From NCBI GenBank assembly GCA_963710945.1, contig CAVQCH010000002.1:324843-388842 (forward strand): a DNA stretch of 64,000 nt, read 5' to 3'. Under the pieces are notes generated by a model, which saw only the letters and a program-made list of their open reading frames with translations, did not search any database and was not told the origin of the DNA. Shown here piece by piece: positions 47,658 to 57,394 of the stretch. Source of the stretch: an uncultured Acidobacteriota bacterium (GTDB lineage Bacteria > Acidobacteriota > Thermoanaerobaculia > UBA5066 > Gp7-AA6). Position 1 is the first letter of the stretch. Each line of letters begins with the position of its first letter. Made by a program: the position numbers and the translations under genes.

Positions 47658-49149
47658 TCAGTTCTCCGCGTCCGGCGCGGGAAGAGGCGCCGGAGCGCGG
47701 GGAAGGATCACGCGGAACAGGTTGCCGCGCGGCGCCCGCGGTTCCGCCACCACGCTTCCCCCGTGTAGTCCCGCCGCCCACTGAACGATGGCGAGGCCGA
47801 GGCCGCTGCCGTCCGCCGAGCCGCTGCGCGCCGATGCCGTGCGGTAGAAGCGCTCGAAGACGCGGTCGCGGTCCTGCGCGGATAGCGTTTCGGCCTCGTC
47901 GAGAAAAGCGAGCTCGAGGCAGTCGGGCCGGCCACCGACACGCACCTCGATGCGCGCCCCCGGCGGAGAGAACTTGACGGCGTTTTCCAGCAGGTTGGTC
48001 GCGATCCGGCGCAGGAGGCGCTCGTCGCCCCGGTACTCGGCCGAGCCGGCGGAAACGACCGACACCGCGATCTCGCGACCGGCCGAGATGGGCCGCAGCG
48101 ATTGGACGACCTCCTGGACGAGCTCGTCGAGGTCCACCAGGCGGCGCTCCACGGGCTGTTCGAGGACCTGGCCTTCCGCGAGCAGCGTCAGGTCGCTGAC
48201 CAGGCGCGACAGCCGCTCGCTCTGTGCGGCGATCGCGCGGAGGGCCTCGCGCAACTCCTCGACACTGCGGCTTCCCGACAGCGAGAGCTCGGCCTCCGTC
48301 CGAACGATCGCCACCGGCGTCTTCAGCTCGTGCGCCGCGTCGGCGATGAAAGAGCGCATCTGGCTCGCGGAGGCGTCGATCTTCTCGAGCAGCCGATTGA
48401 ACGTCTCGCCGAGGCGGCTCAATTCGTCCCCGGAAGGGGAGACGGCGAGGCGGTGCGGCTCGCCGGTAGGCGGCATGGACGCCATGCTGTCTGCCTGGAA
48501 GTTGAGGGCCGCGATGGGCCGCAGCGTCCGGGTCGCCAGCCAGTAGCCTCCGGCCAGGGCGAGGCCCAGTCCGGCGAGCCCGAGCTCCAGGAGCGCGCGG
48601 CGAAACGAGCCGAGCGCGTCTTCCAGCGGGGTCATGTCGCCGACGACCGCGATGCTCAGGACGTCCGGCTCCCGGGCTGGCCGGAAGCTCCGGACGGCGG
48701 CGCGGTGGAGAGGATCCGAGGGAAGGATGGACGTCGAGGTCGAACGAGACAGGGTCGACCAGCGTGCGGCGTCGAAGGCGGCCCTGTCCGCCGGCAGCCC
48801 GGCGCCGGGGATGCGCGCGAGCAGCGTCGCCGCGTCGGGCCCGCTGCGGATCTCGGCGTACATGCCGCTCAGGCGAAACTCCTCGAGCGTCGTGACGGCA
48901 GCCCGCTGCAGGGGCGAGGAAGGCGGAGGCCGCGCCGTCGTCTCCGTCCGCTCCGCGTCGGGCCTCGTCGAGCTCCTCTTTGAAGGCGTTCTCGAGGGTG
49001 CTCAGGTTCGCCACGAGATCCGTGTCGAAAGCGGCGTACGCCGTGGTGCGGTAGCGCACGTAGGACGCCGCGGCAAAGACGACGAGGACGACGCCGAGGA
49101 CGGCGCCATACCAGGCCGTGAGCTTCCAGCGGATGGGGAGCCCGTTCAG
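47658..49149 (-). CDS. sensor histidine kinase, partner of the OmpR-family regulator (one frameshift near 48900; non-canonical start)
   Basis: TM1 LPIRWKLTAWYGAVLGVVLVVFAAASYV, HAMP, H-box ...ADAAHELKTPVAIV..., HATPase ...LENAVKFSPPGARIEV...GSGLGLAIVQ. Confidence 0.7.
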
Positions 49150-49841
49150 GGCGGCACCTGGCGGAGGTCCGGAACGAAGTAGCCCTCGCCGCGGCGCGTC
49201 GTGAGGAAGGAATCGCGCCGCTCCGGGGAGAGCGGGTCGAGTTTTTGCCGCAGGCGCCCGATGTAGACGTCGATGAGGTTCGACATCGGGTCGTATCTCT
49301 CGTCCCACACGTGCTCCGCGATCTCGTGCCGCGACACGGTGCGTCCCCGGTTGAGGAGAAGGTACTCGAGCAGCGAGTACTCCTTGGCCGTGAGCTCGAC
49401 ATCGGTGCCGTTGACGTTGACCGCGCGCCGGGCCCGGTCGAGCCGGATGCTGCCGACGGTCAGGGTGATCTGCTGCGGCAGGGCGCGGCGGCGCAGCAGC
49501 GCGCCGACGCGAGCCCGAAGCTCGTCCGCGGCGAAAGGCTTGGCCAGGTAGTCGTCCGCCCCGAGCTCCAGGCCCCGGACCCGATCTGCGATCTCCGAGC
49601 GCGCCGAGAGCATGAGGATAGGCGTCGAGATCCCCGCGGCGCGCAGGTGGCGGCAGACCGTGAAGCCGTCCATCCCCGGCAGAAGGATGTCGAGGATCAG
49701 CAGGTCGTACTTTCCGGTCACGCCGCGATCCACGGCGGCGGCGCCTTCGCCCACGACGTCGACGGCGTAACCGGACTCCCGGAGGACCCGGCAGAGGAGG
49801 CTCGCCATGTGCAGATCGTCTTCGACGGCCAGGATCCGCAT
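49146..49841 (-). CDS. OmpR/PhoB-family response regulator
   Basis: MRILAVEDDLHMASLL...DLLILDILLPGMDGF...; winged-helix C-terminus ...LTAKEYSLLEYLLLNRGRTVSRHEI... Confidence 0.85.
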   Translation of the reverse strand: MRILAVEDDLHMASLLCRVLRESGYAVDVVGEGAAAVDRGVTGKYDLLILDILLPGMDGFTVCRHLRAAGISTPILMLSARSEIADRVRGLELGADDYLAKPFAADELRARVGALLRRRALPQQITLTVGSIRLDRARRAVNVNGTDVELTAKEYSLLEYLLLNRGRTVSRHEIAEHVWDERYDPMSNLIDVYIGRLRQKLDPLSPERRDSFLTTRRGEGYFVPDLRQVPP

Positions 49842-49980
49842 GGGCGCAAAAGTATACGGCGGGGCGTGAACGGGCCTTCCGGGCCCCGAATTTAGCCTGC
49901 GTTCAGGTTCCTTTTACCGTTCATTCAGCCTGATCCGATCCGATCTGGTCCGGGCGGGCGTGCGATCGTAGATTCCGATC

Positions 49981-50841
49981 GTGGGCGTTCGCTGGTTTTC
50001 TCCACGTCGGTTGATCCGGGGGCCGTTTCTGCGAGGCGTCGGCTTTCTGGTGACGCGGGCGCTGGTTTCCCGGCCGGTCCGCGCCACGACGCTCGGCCGG
50101 CGGTGGTACGCGAGGCTCTACCTGCTGGGCAAGCGGCTCGCCGAGGCAACCGAGCTGCGCCTGTTTCGCGAGAACGTCGAGCCCGGCATGACCATCGTGG
50201 ACATGGGCGCGAACGTGGGCTTCTACACGGCGGCCTTCTCCCGGCTGGTCGGAGAAAACGGCAGGGTCTACGCCTTCGAGCCCGACGCCTTCAGCTCGAC
50301 CATCCTCCGCGACCGTGTCCGCCGCGTGCCGCTCACCAACGTGCAAGTCGAGTGCGCCGCCGTGGGAGCGACCGACGAGCCCGTCAACCTCTACTGCAGC
50401 AAGCGCGACCGGGCCGAAACCCGGACCTTTCCGCTCGGGCCGAGCGTGCCCGTCGAGGTCTGCCGCGTGCCGATGCTTTCCCTCGACTCCTACTGCAGGG
50501 ATTCACGCATCGATCACATCGACGCCATCAAGATGGACGTCGAGGGCCGGGAAGTGGACGCCCTCCGGGGGATGCGGCATCTCATGGAGACTCGCCCGCC
50601 GGCCTGGATGTTCATCGAGTTCTCGCCGCGCCAGCTCCGCGGCGCCGGCGCGAGCCCCGAGGAATTCTGGGAGGAGCTGGCCGAGGACGGATACGTCGGA
50701 TACGAGCTGGACGATCGGGGCGCCGTGACCCGGATCGCGGATCCCCGCGCATTCACCGAGGCTCATGCGGAAGGGACGACCGACGTCTGGGCCGTCCACA
50801 AGACGCGCCCTCAGCCGGTTTGCTCCGCGATCCCGGCGTGA
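49981..50841 (+). CDS. FkbM-family methyltransferase
   Basis: ...TIVDMGANVGFYTAAFSR...GRVYAFEPDAFS...IDHIDAIKMDVEGREVDALRGM. Confidence 0.75.
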   Translation: MGVRWFSPRRLIRGPFLRGVGFLVTRALVSRPVRATTLGRRWYARLYLLGKRLAEATELRLFRENVEPGMTIVDMGANVGFYTAAFSRLVGENGRVYAFEPDAFSSTILRDRVRRVPLTNVQVECAAVGATDEPVNLYCSKRDRAETRTFPLGPSVPVEVCRVPMLSLDSYCRDSRIDHIDAIKMDVEGREVDALRGMRHLMETRPPAWMFIEFSPRQLRGAGASPEEFWEELAEDGYVGYELDDRGAVTRIADPRAFTEAHAEGTTDVWAVHKTRPQPVCSAIPA

Positions 50842-50879
50842 GCCCGACGGACTCTTCCCGCCCGCTGCCGGAATCGGAC

Positions 50880-51914
50880 TCAGCGGCCGAGAACGAGAAT
50901 CGTGAAGGTGCCGGGCACCATCGGAGGCCTCGGGCGCGGCTCGTCGGCGGTCGGCGCGGGCGTTGCGCCGAACTCGGCCGTCACGACGAAGACCCGATGC
51001 GTCTTCTCGTCGAGCGCCATCGTCCGGGCTCGGGGCTGCGTGGGCACGGTCTGGAGCGGGGCGTACTTGCCCTCCGCATTCTTCCCGATGACCGTCAGCG
51101 TGCCTTCGCCGTTCGAACTGAAGCCGAGCCCGGTGCCGGGATCGAAGGCGTTGGCGTCCACGCCTTCGCCGATGGGGACGGTCGCCACGACTTTGCCCGA
51201 GTCGGTGTCGACGATCGCGGCCATCCGGTTGCCGCAGCCGACGAGCAGCGTCTTGCCCTTCCGGTCGATCGCCATGCCGGAAGGCTCCTCGCACGGGGCG
51301 AGGGGCCAGCGCTTGATCACCTCGGTCCGGGCGGCGTCGAGCACGACGACCTCGCTCTTGTCCTCGATGTTGACGAACACCCGCCCCGCCAGATCGGTCG
51401 CCGCGAACTCGGGCTTTCCGCCGAGGGCCACGGTGGCCACGACGGTTCCTTTCGAGGCGTCCAGGATCGTGGCGTTCGCCGTGCGCCCGTTGAAGGCGAA
51501 GACCCGCTTCGAAAAGCCGTCGTAGAGGATCGCATCCGGGTTCTCGCCCGTGACCTTCCATTCGTCGATCGTCTTGAGGGTCTTCGGATCGAAGACCGTG
51601 ACCGTGCCGGCGCGGCCGTTGCTCGTGTAGCCGCGGCCGAGCTCGGGAGCGAGGGCGACCCCGTGCACGCCGGCCGTGTTCGGGATCTCTCCGGCCGGCT
51701 CGAGCGAGTCGGCGTCGAAGACCATGACGCGGGTGCCGCGCGTCACGTAGAGGCGCCGGGACTCCGCGTCGACCGTCAGATAGTCCCAGCCGCCGTCGCC
51801 CCCGACGCGCACCTTCTTCAGGAGCTTGTAAGAGGGATCCGGTTGTGCCAGCGCGGCGGAGGCAAGAAGCAGGCATCCCGGGAGCAGTGAAAGGAGGCGA
51901 TGGGGGAAACGCAT
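50880..51914 (-). CDS. YVTN-family beta-propeller repeat protein, secreted
   Basis: Signal peptide MRFPHRLLSLLPGCLLLASAALAQ; repeated ...GVALAPELGRGYTSN..., ...TVFDPKT..., ...GMAIDRKGKTLLVGCGN... blades. Confidence 0.7.
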   Translation of the reverse strand: MRFPHRLLSLLPGCLLLASAALAQPDPSYKLLKKVRVGGDGGWDYLTVDAESRRLYVTRGTRVMVFDADSLEPAGEIPNTAGVHGVALAPELGRGYTSNGRAGTVTVFDPKTLKTIDEWKVTGENPDAILYDGFSKRVFAFNGRTANATILDASKGTVVATVALGGKPEFAATDLAGRVFVNIEDKSEVVVLDAARTEVIKRWPLAPCEEPSGMAIDRKGKTLLVGCGNRMAAIVDTDSGKVVATVPIGEGVDANAFDPGTGLGFSSNGEGTLTVIGKNAEGKYAPLQTVPTQPRARTMALDEKTHRVFVVTAEFGATPAPTADEPRPRPPMVPGTFTILVLGR

Positions 51915-52038
51915 GTGACTCTCCTTGACTCGAGTTGAATCGCGCGGGGATGATCCTACTGCCGCGCGGAGACGGCGGCGCGTCGAAGAAAAAGAATCGA
52001 GCTCGAGCCTGTCGCAACGAGCGGCAAAGAGGATTCTC

Positions 52039-53346
52039 ATGCAACCGAGACGGACGGCGAGAGTCGCCGGTGTCTCCCTGGCGCTGATGGGGAGCGTGCT
52101 CGCGCTCTCTGCTGGCGGGGCGGCGGCGCGCGGCGAGGAGACCGTCACCCTCGACACGGCGCTGCGCGAGGCCCGGGCCGCCAACGCCCGACTGCCCTTG
52201 CCCGCCCTCGAGATCGACATCGCGACGACCCGCGAGAAGGAAGCGCGGGCGGAGCGCTGGCTCAAGGTCGCCCTCGAGGGCGACTTCATCTACGCGCCGT
52301 ACCCGGGCTACAGCCCGGCCATCACGAACCTCGGCGAGGCGAGGCTCCAGGCCGTCGTGCGCCAGCCGATCTACGCCGGGGGAGCGCTCGACGCGGGAGT
52401 GGCTCGCGCGGGGGCGAGTGTCGAGGCCGCCCGCGCGCGCTTCCGGATGGCGGAGAAGGACCTGGAGCTCGACGTCCGTTCCCGCTACGCCGAGCTCCTC
52501 GAGACGGACGCGGAGGTCGAGATCCGCCGCGCCGGGATCGCGGAGCTCGAGCGGTACGCGACCTCCCTCCGGAGCCGGCAGGCGGCGGGGCAGGGGGTCT
52601 CCGCCGACGTTCTGAAGACCGACGTCCGCCGCGCTCTCGAGGAGGCCGCGCTCGCCGAGACCGAGCAGCGCCGCGACGAGGCCCGCCTCGCGTTGAACGA
52701 TCTGATGGGCCGGGACCCGACCGGGTCGCTGCGTCTGGCCGCCCTTGCGCCGCCCGAGGCGCCGCGCGACGAGCCGCCGGACGCCTGGAAGAGCGCTCCC
52801 GACGTCGTGGCCGCCGCGGCCTCCGCCCGCTCGGCCGACGCCGACACGACGATCGCCGCCGCCGAGCAGCGGCCGCGCCTCGCCTTCACCGCGGACACCG
52901 GGTTCCTGACCGACGACACGACGCACCTGAACTCGCAGTTCTGGGATCACTTCTGGCGAAACGGCGGCTACTCGTTCGCGCTCGTCTTCGTCTGGCCGGT
53001 GTGGGACCCGGGAGCCGCGAAGGCGCGCGTCGCAGAGGCCAATCTCGGCCTCCAGCAGGCGCGCCTCCAGCTCGAGGTCCAGCAGCGCGACGCGCGGCTC
53101 GCGTGGGAAAGGGCGCGCTCCGCGCTGGCGCATCTTTATCGGCAGGTGGAAATCCTGTCGCGGACCGTGCCCGCGGCCAACGACTCGTTTCTGCAGGCGG
53201 AGAGCCGCTATCGCGGCGGCACGGCGTCCGCGCTCGACGTTCTCGACGCGCACGCGGCAGCGCTCGACGCCGCCGTGCGCAAGAGCGACGTGACGGCGCG
53301 CTACCGCGTCGCCGAGGCTCTCGCCCTGCGCTGGAGCACACCGTGA
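52039..53346 (+). CDS. TolC-family outer membrane efflux protein (OMF)
   Basis: Signal peptide; two OEP repeats (...TLDTALREARAANARLP..., ...LEAALAETEQRRDEARLALNDLMG...); AGAGGA Shine-Dalgarno. Confidence 0.8.
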   Translation: MQPRRTARVAGVSLALMGSVLALSAGGAAARGEETVTLDTALREARAANARLPLPALEIDIATTREKEARAERWLKVALEGDFIYAPYPGYSPAITNLGEARLQAVVRQPIYAGGALDAGVARAGASVEAARARFRMAEKDLELDVRSRYAELLETDAEVEIRRAGIAELERYATSLRSRQAAGQGVSADVLKTDVRRALEEAALAETEQRRDEARLALNDLMGRDPTGSLRLAALAPPEAPRDEPPDAWKSAPDVVAAAASARSADADTTIAAAEQRPRLAFTADTGFLTDDTTHLNSQFWDHFWRNGGYSFALVFVWPVWDPGAAKARVAEANLGLQQARLQLEVQQRDARLAWERARSALAHLYRQVEILSRTVPAANDSFLQAESRYRGGTASALDVLDAHAAALDAAVRKSDVTARYRVAEALALRWSTP

Positions 53347-54314
53347 AACGCCTGCTCCTCGCCCTCGCGATCGCGGCGCCGGCCTGCAAGGGACGGGAGT
53401 CCGCGCCGCCGCCCGATCCGCCCGCCGCGCCGGCCGCCGCCGTTCCGGTGACCGTGGCGCCGGTCGTGCGGGCAACGCTCGCGGACGTCGTCTCGGGCCC
53501 CGGGAAGACGGCGGCGCTCTCGCAGGAGAAGGTGCGAGCGCCGTTTGCCGGAAGCCTGATCGGGCTCGCGGTCGCCGACGGCGATCGCGTGCGCCGCGGC
53601 GACGCGCTCGCGACGATCGTCTCGCGCGACAGCGAGTCGGCTTTGGCCGGGGCGCGGGAGATGGCGCGGGAGGCGAAGACCGACGCCGAGAAGCAGGACG
53701 CCGCCCGCGCCCTGGCGCTGGCGGAGCGAGGCCTCGTACGGGCGCCGATCGAGGCGCCCTCGGACGGCGTCGTCCTCGCTCACGCCGCGGTCGGCGGCGA
53801 TCGGGTCTCGGAGGACCAGGAGATCCTGACGATCGCCGACGCGTCCTCGGTCGCCTTCCTCGCGGACATCTCGCAGGGCGACCTCGCGCGCGTGCGCGCC
53901 GGGCAGCCGGTGACCGTCGAAGTCGCCGGGCGCGCTTCGGCGTGGACGGGCACCGTTCACGACATCCTTCCGTCCGCGAACGCGACCGACTTCACGGCTC
54001 CGGTCCGGGTGGATCTCCACGGCCTTTCCGGCGTGCCGCCGCTCGGCCTCTTCGGAACGGCGCACATCGTCGTTGCGGCCCATCGGGACGCGTCCGTGGT
54101 TCCCGACGCGGCGCTGGTTCGCGACGACCTGACCGGGAAATCGCGGATCGCCCTGGTCGAAAACGGCCACGCCCGCTGGGTCGACGTGACTCCGGGGCTG
54201 CGCGGGCCGGCCGGCACGGAGATCGCGGCGCCGCCGCTGTCCGCGGGACAGATCGTCGTCGTCTCGGGCCAGGTGGGCCTGCCCGACGGCGCCGCGGTCG
54301 CGACCCGCCCGTGA
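53343..54314 (+). CDS. efflux RND periplasmic adaptor (membrane fusion protein, HlyD family)
   Basis: GTGA overlap with the OMF; lipoyl/beta-barrel MFP pattern ...APFAGSLIGLAVADGDRVRRGDALATI...GLVRAPIEAPSDGVV... Confidence 0.8.
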   Translation: MKRLLLALAIAAPACKGRESAPPPDPPAAPAAAVPVTVAPVVRATLADVVSGPGKTAALSQEKVRAPFAGSLIGLAVADGDRVRRGDALATIVSRDSESALAGAREMAREAKTDAEKQDAARALALAERGLVRAPIEAPSDGVVLAHAAVGGDRVSEDQEILTIADASSVAFLADISQGDLARVRAGQPVTVEVAGRASAWTGTVHDILPSANATDFTAPVRVDLHGLSGVPPLGLFGTAHIVVAAHRDASVVPDAALVRDDLTGKSRIALVENGHARWVDVTPGLRGPAGTEIAAPPLSAGQIVVVSGQVGLPDGAAVATRP

Positions 54315-57300
54315 AGGTCTACGACTTCATTCACGACAGGGCGCTCGCCCTGCTTCTGCTGGTCCTGGTGTGCGCGGGCGCCGGCGGCGTCCTGGCGACC
54401 GGCATGCCGGCGGCGATCTTTCCCTCGGTGACGTTCCCGGTGATCAAGGTCATCGCCGACGTCGGCCACGAGCCGGCCGCCCGGATGATGCCGCGCGTCA
54501 CGAGGCCGCTCGAGCAGGCGCTCCTGCCCCTGCCGGGCATCCGGCTCGTGCGGTCCACGACGTCTCGCGGATCTACGGAGCTCTCGGCGAACTTCGAGTG
54601 GGGCACCGACATGCAGGTCGCCCTCCAGCGGGTGCAGGATGCCGTCGCGCGCGCCGGCGCGGACCTGCCCGCCGAAACCCACGTGGACGTCGCGCCGATG
54701 AACACGGCGCTCTTTCCAATCCTCGGATATGCGCTCACTTCCGAGACACGCAGTCCTTCCGAGCTCTGGGAGCTCGCCGAGTACACGCTGCGGCCCGAGC
54801 TCGTACGGATTCCGGGCGTGGCGCAGGTGCAGATCCAGGGCGGGCGCCAGCGCGAGTTCCAGGTTCACCTCGACCCCGGCGCTCTCGCCGCCCGTCACCT
54901 GGCCGTCACGGACGTCGTCGCGGCCCTCCGGAAGAACAACCAGGTCCTCTCGGCCGGGCTTCTCGAGTCGAACCACGAGCTGTACCTGTCGCTCGTGGAT
55001 GGCGTCGTCGCCGACGCGCCTTCGCTTTCGCGGGTGGCCGTCGCCCTGCCGGGAGGCGGCGTCCCGGCGCTGCTCGGCGAGCTCGGCGCCATCGATGTCG
55101 AGGACGCGCCCTCGTACATACGGACGACGGCCGACGGCCGGCCCGCCGTGCTCGTCAACCTGACCCGGCAGCCGGCAGCCAACACCGTGTCCATCGCGGC
55201 GGGGGTCCGTCAGCTTTTCTCGGAGCGCCCGGAGCTGCTTCCCCGGGACGTCCGCTGGACGACGTTCTACGATCAGGCCGAGTTCGTGTCGCTTTCGGTC
55301 CACGGGGTGCGCGACGCCATCCTCATCGGCGTCGGCCTGGCGGCTCTCGTCCTTCTGGTCTTCCTGCGGAGCCTGCGGCTGACGCTGGTCTCCGTCGCCG
55401 CGGTTCCGCTGACGGTCGCGATCGTGTTGCTCGTCCTGGCCGTCACGGGCCAGACGATCAACCTCATGACGCTCGGCGGCATCGCCGCCGCGCTCGGCCT
55501 CATCGCGGACGACGCCATCGTGGTCGCCGAGAGCATCGGCCGCCACCGCGAGGAGGGCTCCCACAATCCTGCCATCACCGGGGTGCGGCGCCTGGTGGCC
55601 CCCCTGACCGGCTCGAGCCTTTCGACGGTCGTCATCTTCGTGCCGTTCGCCCTGCTGACCGGAGTCGTGGGCGCCTTCTTCCAGCCCCTCGCGCTGACGA
55701 TGGCCGTGGCGCTCACGGTCTCCTATTTCGTGTCGGCGATCTGCGTTCCGATCGGTCTGCGCATCGTCGGAGGGGCGCGGACTCGCCCGTTCGTCCACGA
55801 CTACGAGACGCACGACCGCGCTCCCGTGCCGTTTCTGATCCGCCACGCCTGGATCGCCGGACTCTTCTGCGCGGCGCTGCTCGGCGCCGGCGTCCTTCTG
55901 TATCGCCGGCTCGGCTCGGACTTTCTCCCGGCCATGGACGAGGGGTCGATCATCCTCGACTACTGGACGCCGCCCGGGACGTCTCTGACCGACACCGACG
56001 CGATGCTGAACGGCTTCGAGAAGGTCCTGCTCGAGGTCCCCGACATCCGCGGCTACTCGCGGCGCACCGGAACGCAGCTCGGCTTCTTCATCACCGAGCC
56101 CAACCGCGGCGACTACGTCATCCGCCTGAAGCCGCGCCGGCAGCGCCGGCCGGTCGAGGCCGTCATCGCCGACATCCGTGCCCGTGCCGACGCGATCGCG
56201 CCGGCCCTGCACACCGACTTCGGCCAGCTTCTCGAGGACAACATCGGCGACCTGACCGGCGGCGTGCCGCAGCCGATCGACATCCGCATCTTCGGCGAGG
56301 ACCAGGCGCAGCTGCAGGATCGAGCGCGCGCGGCGGCGGCCCTCCTGGAAGGGATCAAGGGCGTCGAGGACGTCTTCGACGGCATCGTCATCTCGGGCCC
56401 CGCCCTGACGATCCGCGTCCCCGCTGCCGACGCGCGATATCCGGCCGAAGGCGCCCGGGGCGCGGCGAGGTTCGGCCTGACGACCGAGGACGTCCAGGCG
56501 GCGGTCGAGCCGGCGGTCTCCGGAACGACTGCCGGGGACATCCGCATCGGGGAGCGCCTCTACGGGCTGCGGGTCTTCGCGCGCGACCCGCGCGGTCTGT
56601 CGGCCCTTCGCCTGCGGACGCCGTCCGGCGCGCTGGTCGGCCTGTCGGACGTCGCGACGATCTCGACCGGAGCCCCGGAGGCCGAGATCGACCGGGAGAA
56701 CGTCAAGACCTTCGTGGGCGTGACGGCCCGACTGGAAGGGCGCGACCTCGGCGGCGCGATCCGCGAGATCCGCGCGAAGCTCGCCCGCGAGCTGCGGTTG
56801 TCTCCGGGGATGCACGTCGTCTTCGGCGGACTCTACGAGCAGCAGCAGAGCTCCTTTCGGGAGCTGCTGTTCGTGCTCATCGGCGGGTTGGTGCTCGTCT
56901 CGATCGTCGTCCTCTTCGAGTTCGGCGACTGGCGCGCGCCCGTCCTGACGGCGCTCATGTCCGCCGCGGTGCTCTCGGGCGTGTTCGGGGCGCTGCTCGC
57001 GACGGGAATGACGCTCAACATTTCGAGCTTCGTCGGCGCGATCATGATGGTCGGGATCGTCGGCGAGAACGCCATCTTCGTCATCCACGAAGCGCGCGAG
57101 GCGCTTCGCCACGGCACCCCGGTCAAGGAAGCGTGGGCCCTGGCGGCGCGCCGCCGCCGCCGCCCGGTCGCCATGACGATCCTCGCGACCGCCTTCGCCC
57201 TCGCTCCTCTCGCGGTGGCCCTCGGCGAGGGCTCCCAGCTCCAGCAGCCCCTCGCCATCGCCGTCATCGGGGGCTTCGTCCTGTCGGGCTTCCTGGTCCT

Positions 57301-57367
57301 CGTCATCCTGCCGGCCCTCTACGCCGCGCTGGACCCGAAGGGCCGGCTGAAGCGCGTCATGGAGTAA
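54311..57367 (+). CDS. RND-superfamily efflux pump (AcrB/CzcA-like)
   Basis: 1018 aa, 12 TM with two large periplasmic loops; GTGA overlap with the adaptor; OMF-MFP-RND order as in czcCBA/cusCBA. Confidence 0.85.
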   Translation: MKVYDFIHDRALALLLLVLVCAGAGGVLATGMPAAIFPSVTFPVIKVIADVGHEPAARMMPRVTRPLEQALLPLPGIRLVRSTTSRGSTELSANFEWGTDMQVALQRVQDAVARAGADLPAETHVDVAPMNTALFPILGYALTSETRSPSELWELAEYTLRPELVRIPGVAQVQIQGGRQREFQVHLDPGALAARHLAVTDVVAALRKNNQVLSAGLLESNHELYLSLVDGVVADAPSLSRVAVALPGGGVPALLGELGAIDVEDAPSYIRTTADGRPAVLVNLTRQPAANTVSIAAGVRQLFSERPELLPRDVRWTTFYDQAEFVSLSVHGVRDAILIGVGLAALVLLVFLRSLRLTLVSVAAVPLTVAIVLLVLAVTGQTINLMTLGGIAAALGLIADDAIVVAESIGRHREEGSHNPAITGVRRLVAPLTGSSLSTVVIFVPFALLTGVVGAFFQPLALTMAVALTVSYFVSAICVPIGLRIVGGARTRPFVHDYETHDRAPVPFLIRHAWIAGLFCAALLGAGVLLYRRLGSDFLPAMDEGSIILDYWTPPGTSLTDTDAMLNGFEKVLLEVPDIRGYSRRTGTQLGFFITEPNRGDYVIRLKPRRQRRPVEAVIADIRARADAIAPALHTDFGQLLEDNIGDLTGGVPQPIDIRIFGEDQAQLQDRARAAAALLEGIKGVEDVFDGIVISGPALTIRVPAADARYPAEGARGAARFGLTTEDVQAAVEPAVSGTTAGDIRIGERLYGLRVFARDPRGLSALRLRTPSGALVGLSDVATISTGAPEAEIDRENVKTFVGVTARLEGRDLGGAIREIRAKLARELRLSPGMHVVFGGLYEQQQSSFRELLFVLIGGLVLVSIVVLFEFGDWRAPVLTALMSAAVLSGVFGALLATGMTLNISSFVGAIMMVGIVGENAIFVIHEAREALRHGTPVKEAWALAARRRRRPVAMTILATAFALAPLAVALGEGSQLQQPLAIAVIGGFVLSGFLVLVILPALYAALDPKGRLKRVME

Positions 57368-57394
57368 GACGCTGACTGCCCGCTCCGCTCCCCG

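Noticed and set aside
50503-57112. 990-aa and 1051-aa minus-strand ORFs
   Set aside because: Antisense to the YVTN/TolC/adaptor and RND genes, which have clear family motifs on the plus strand.
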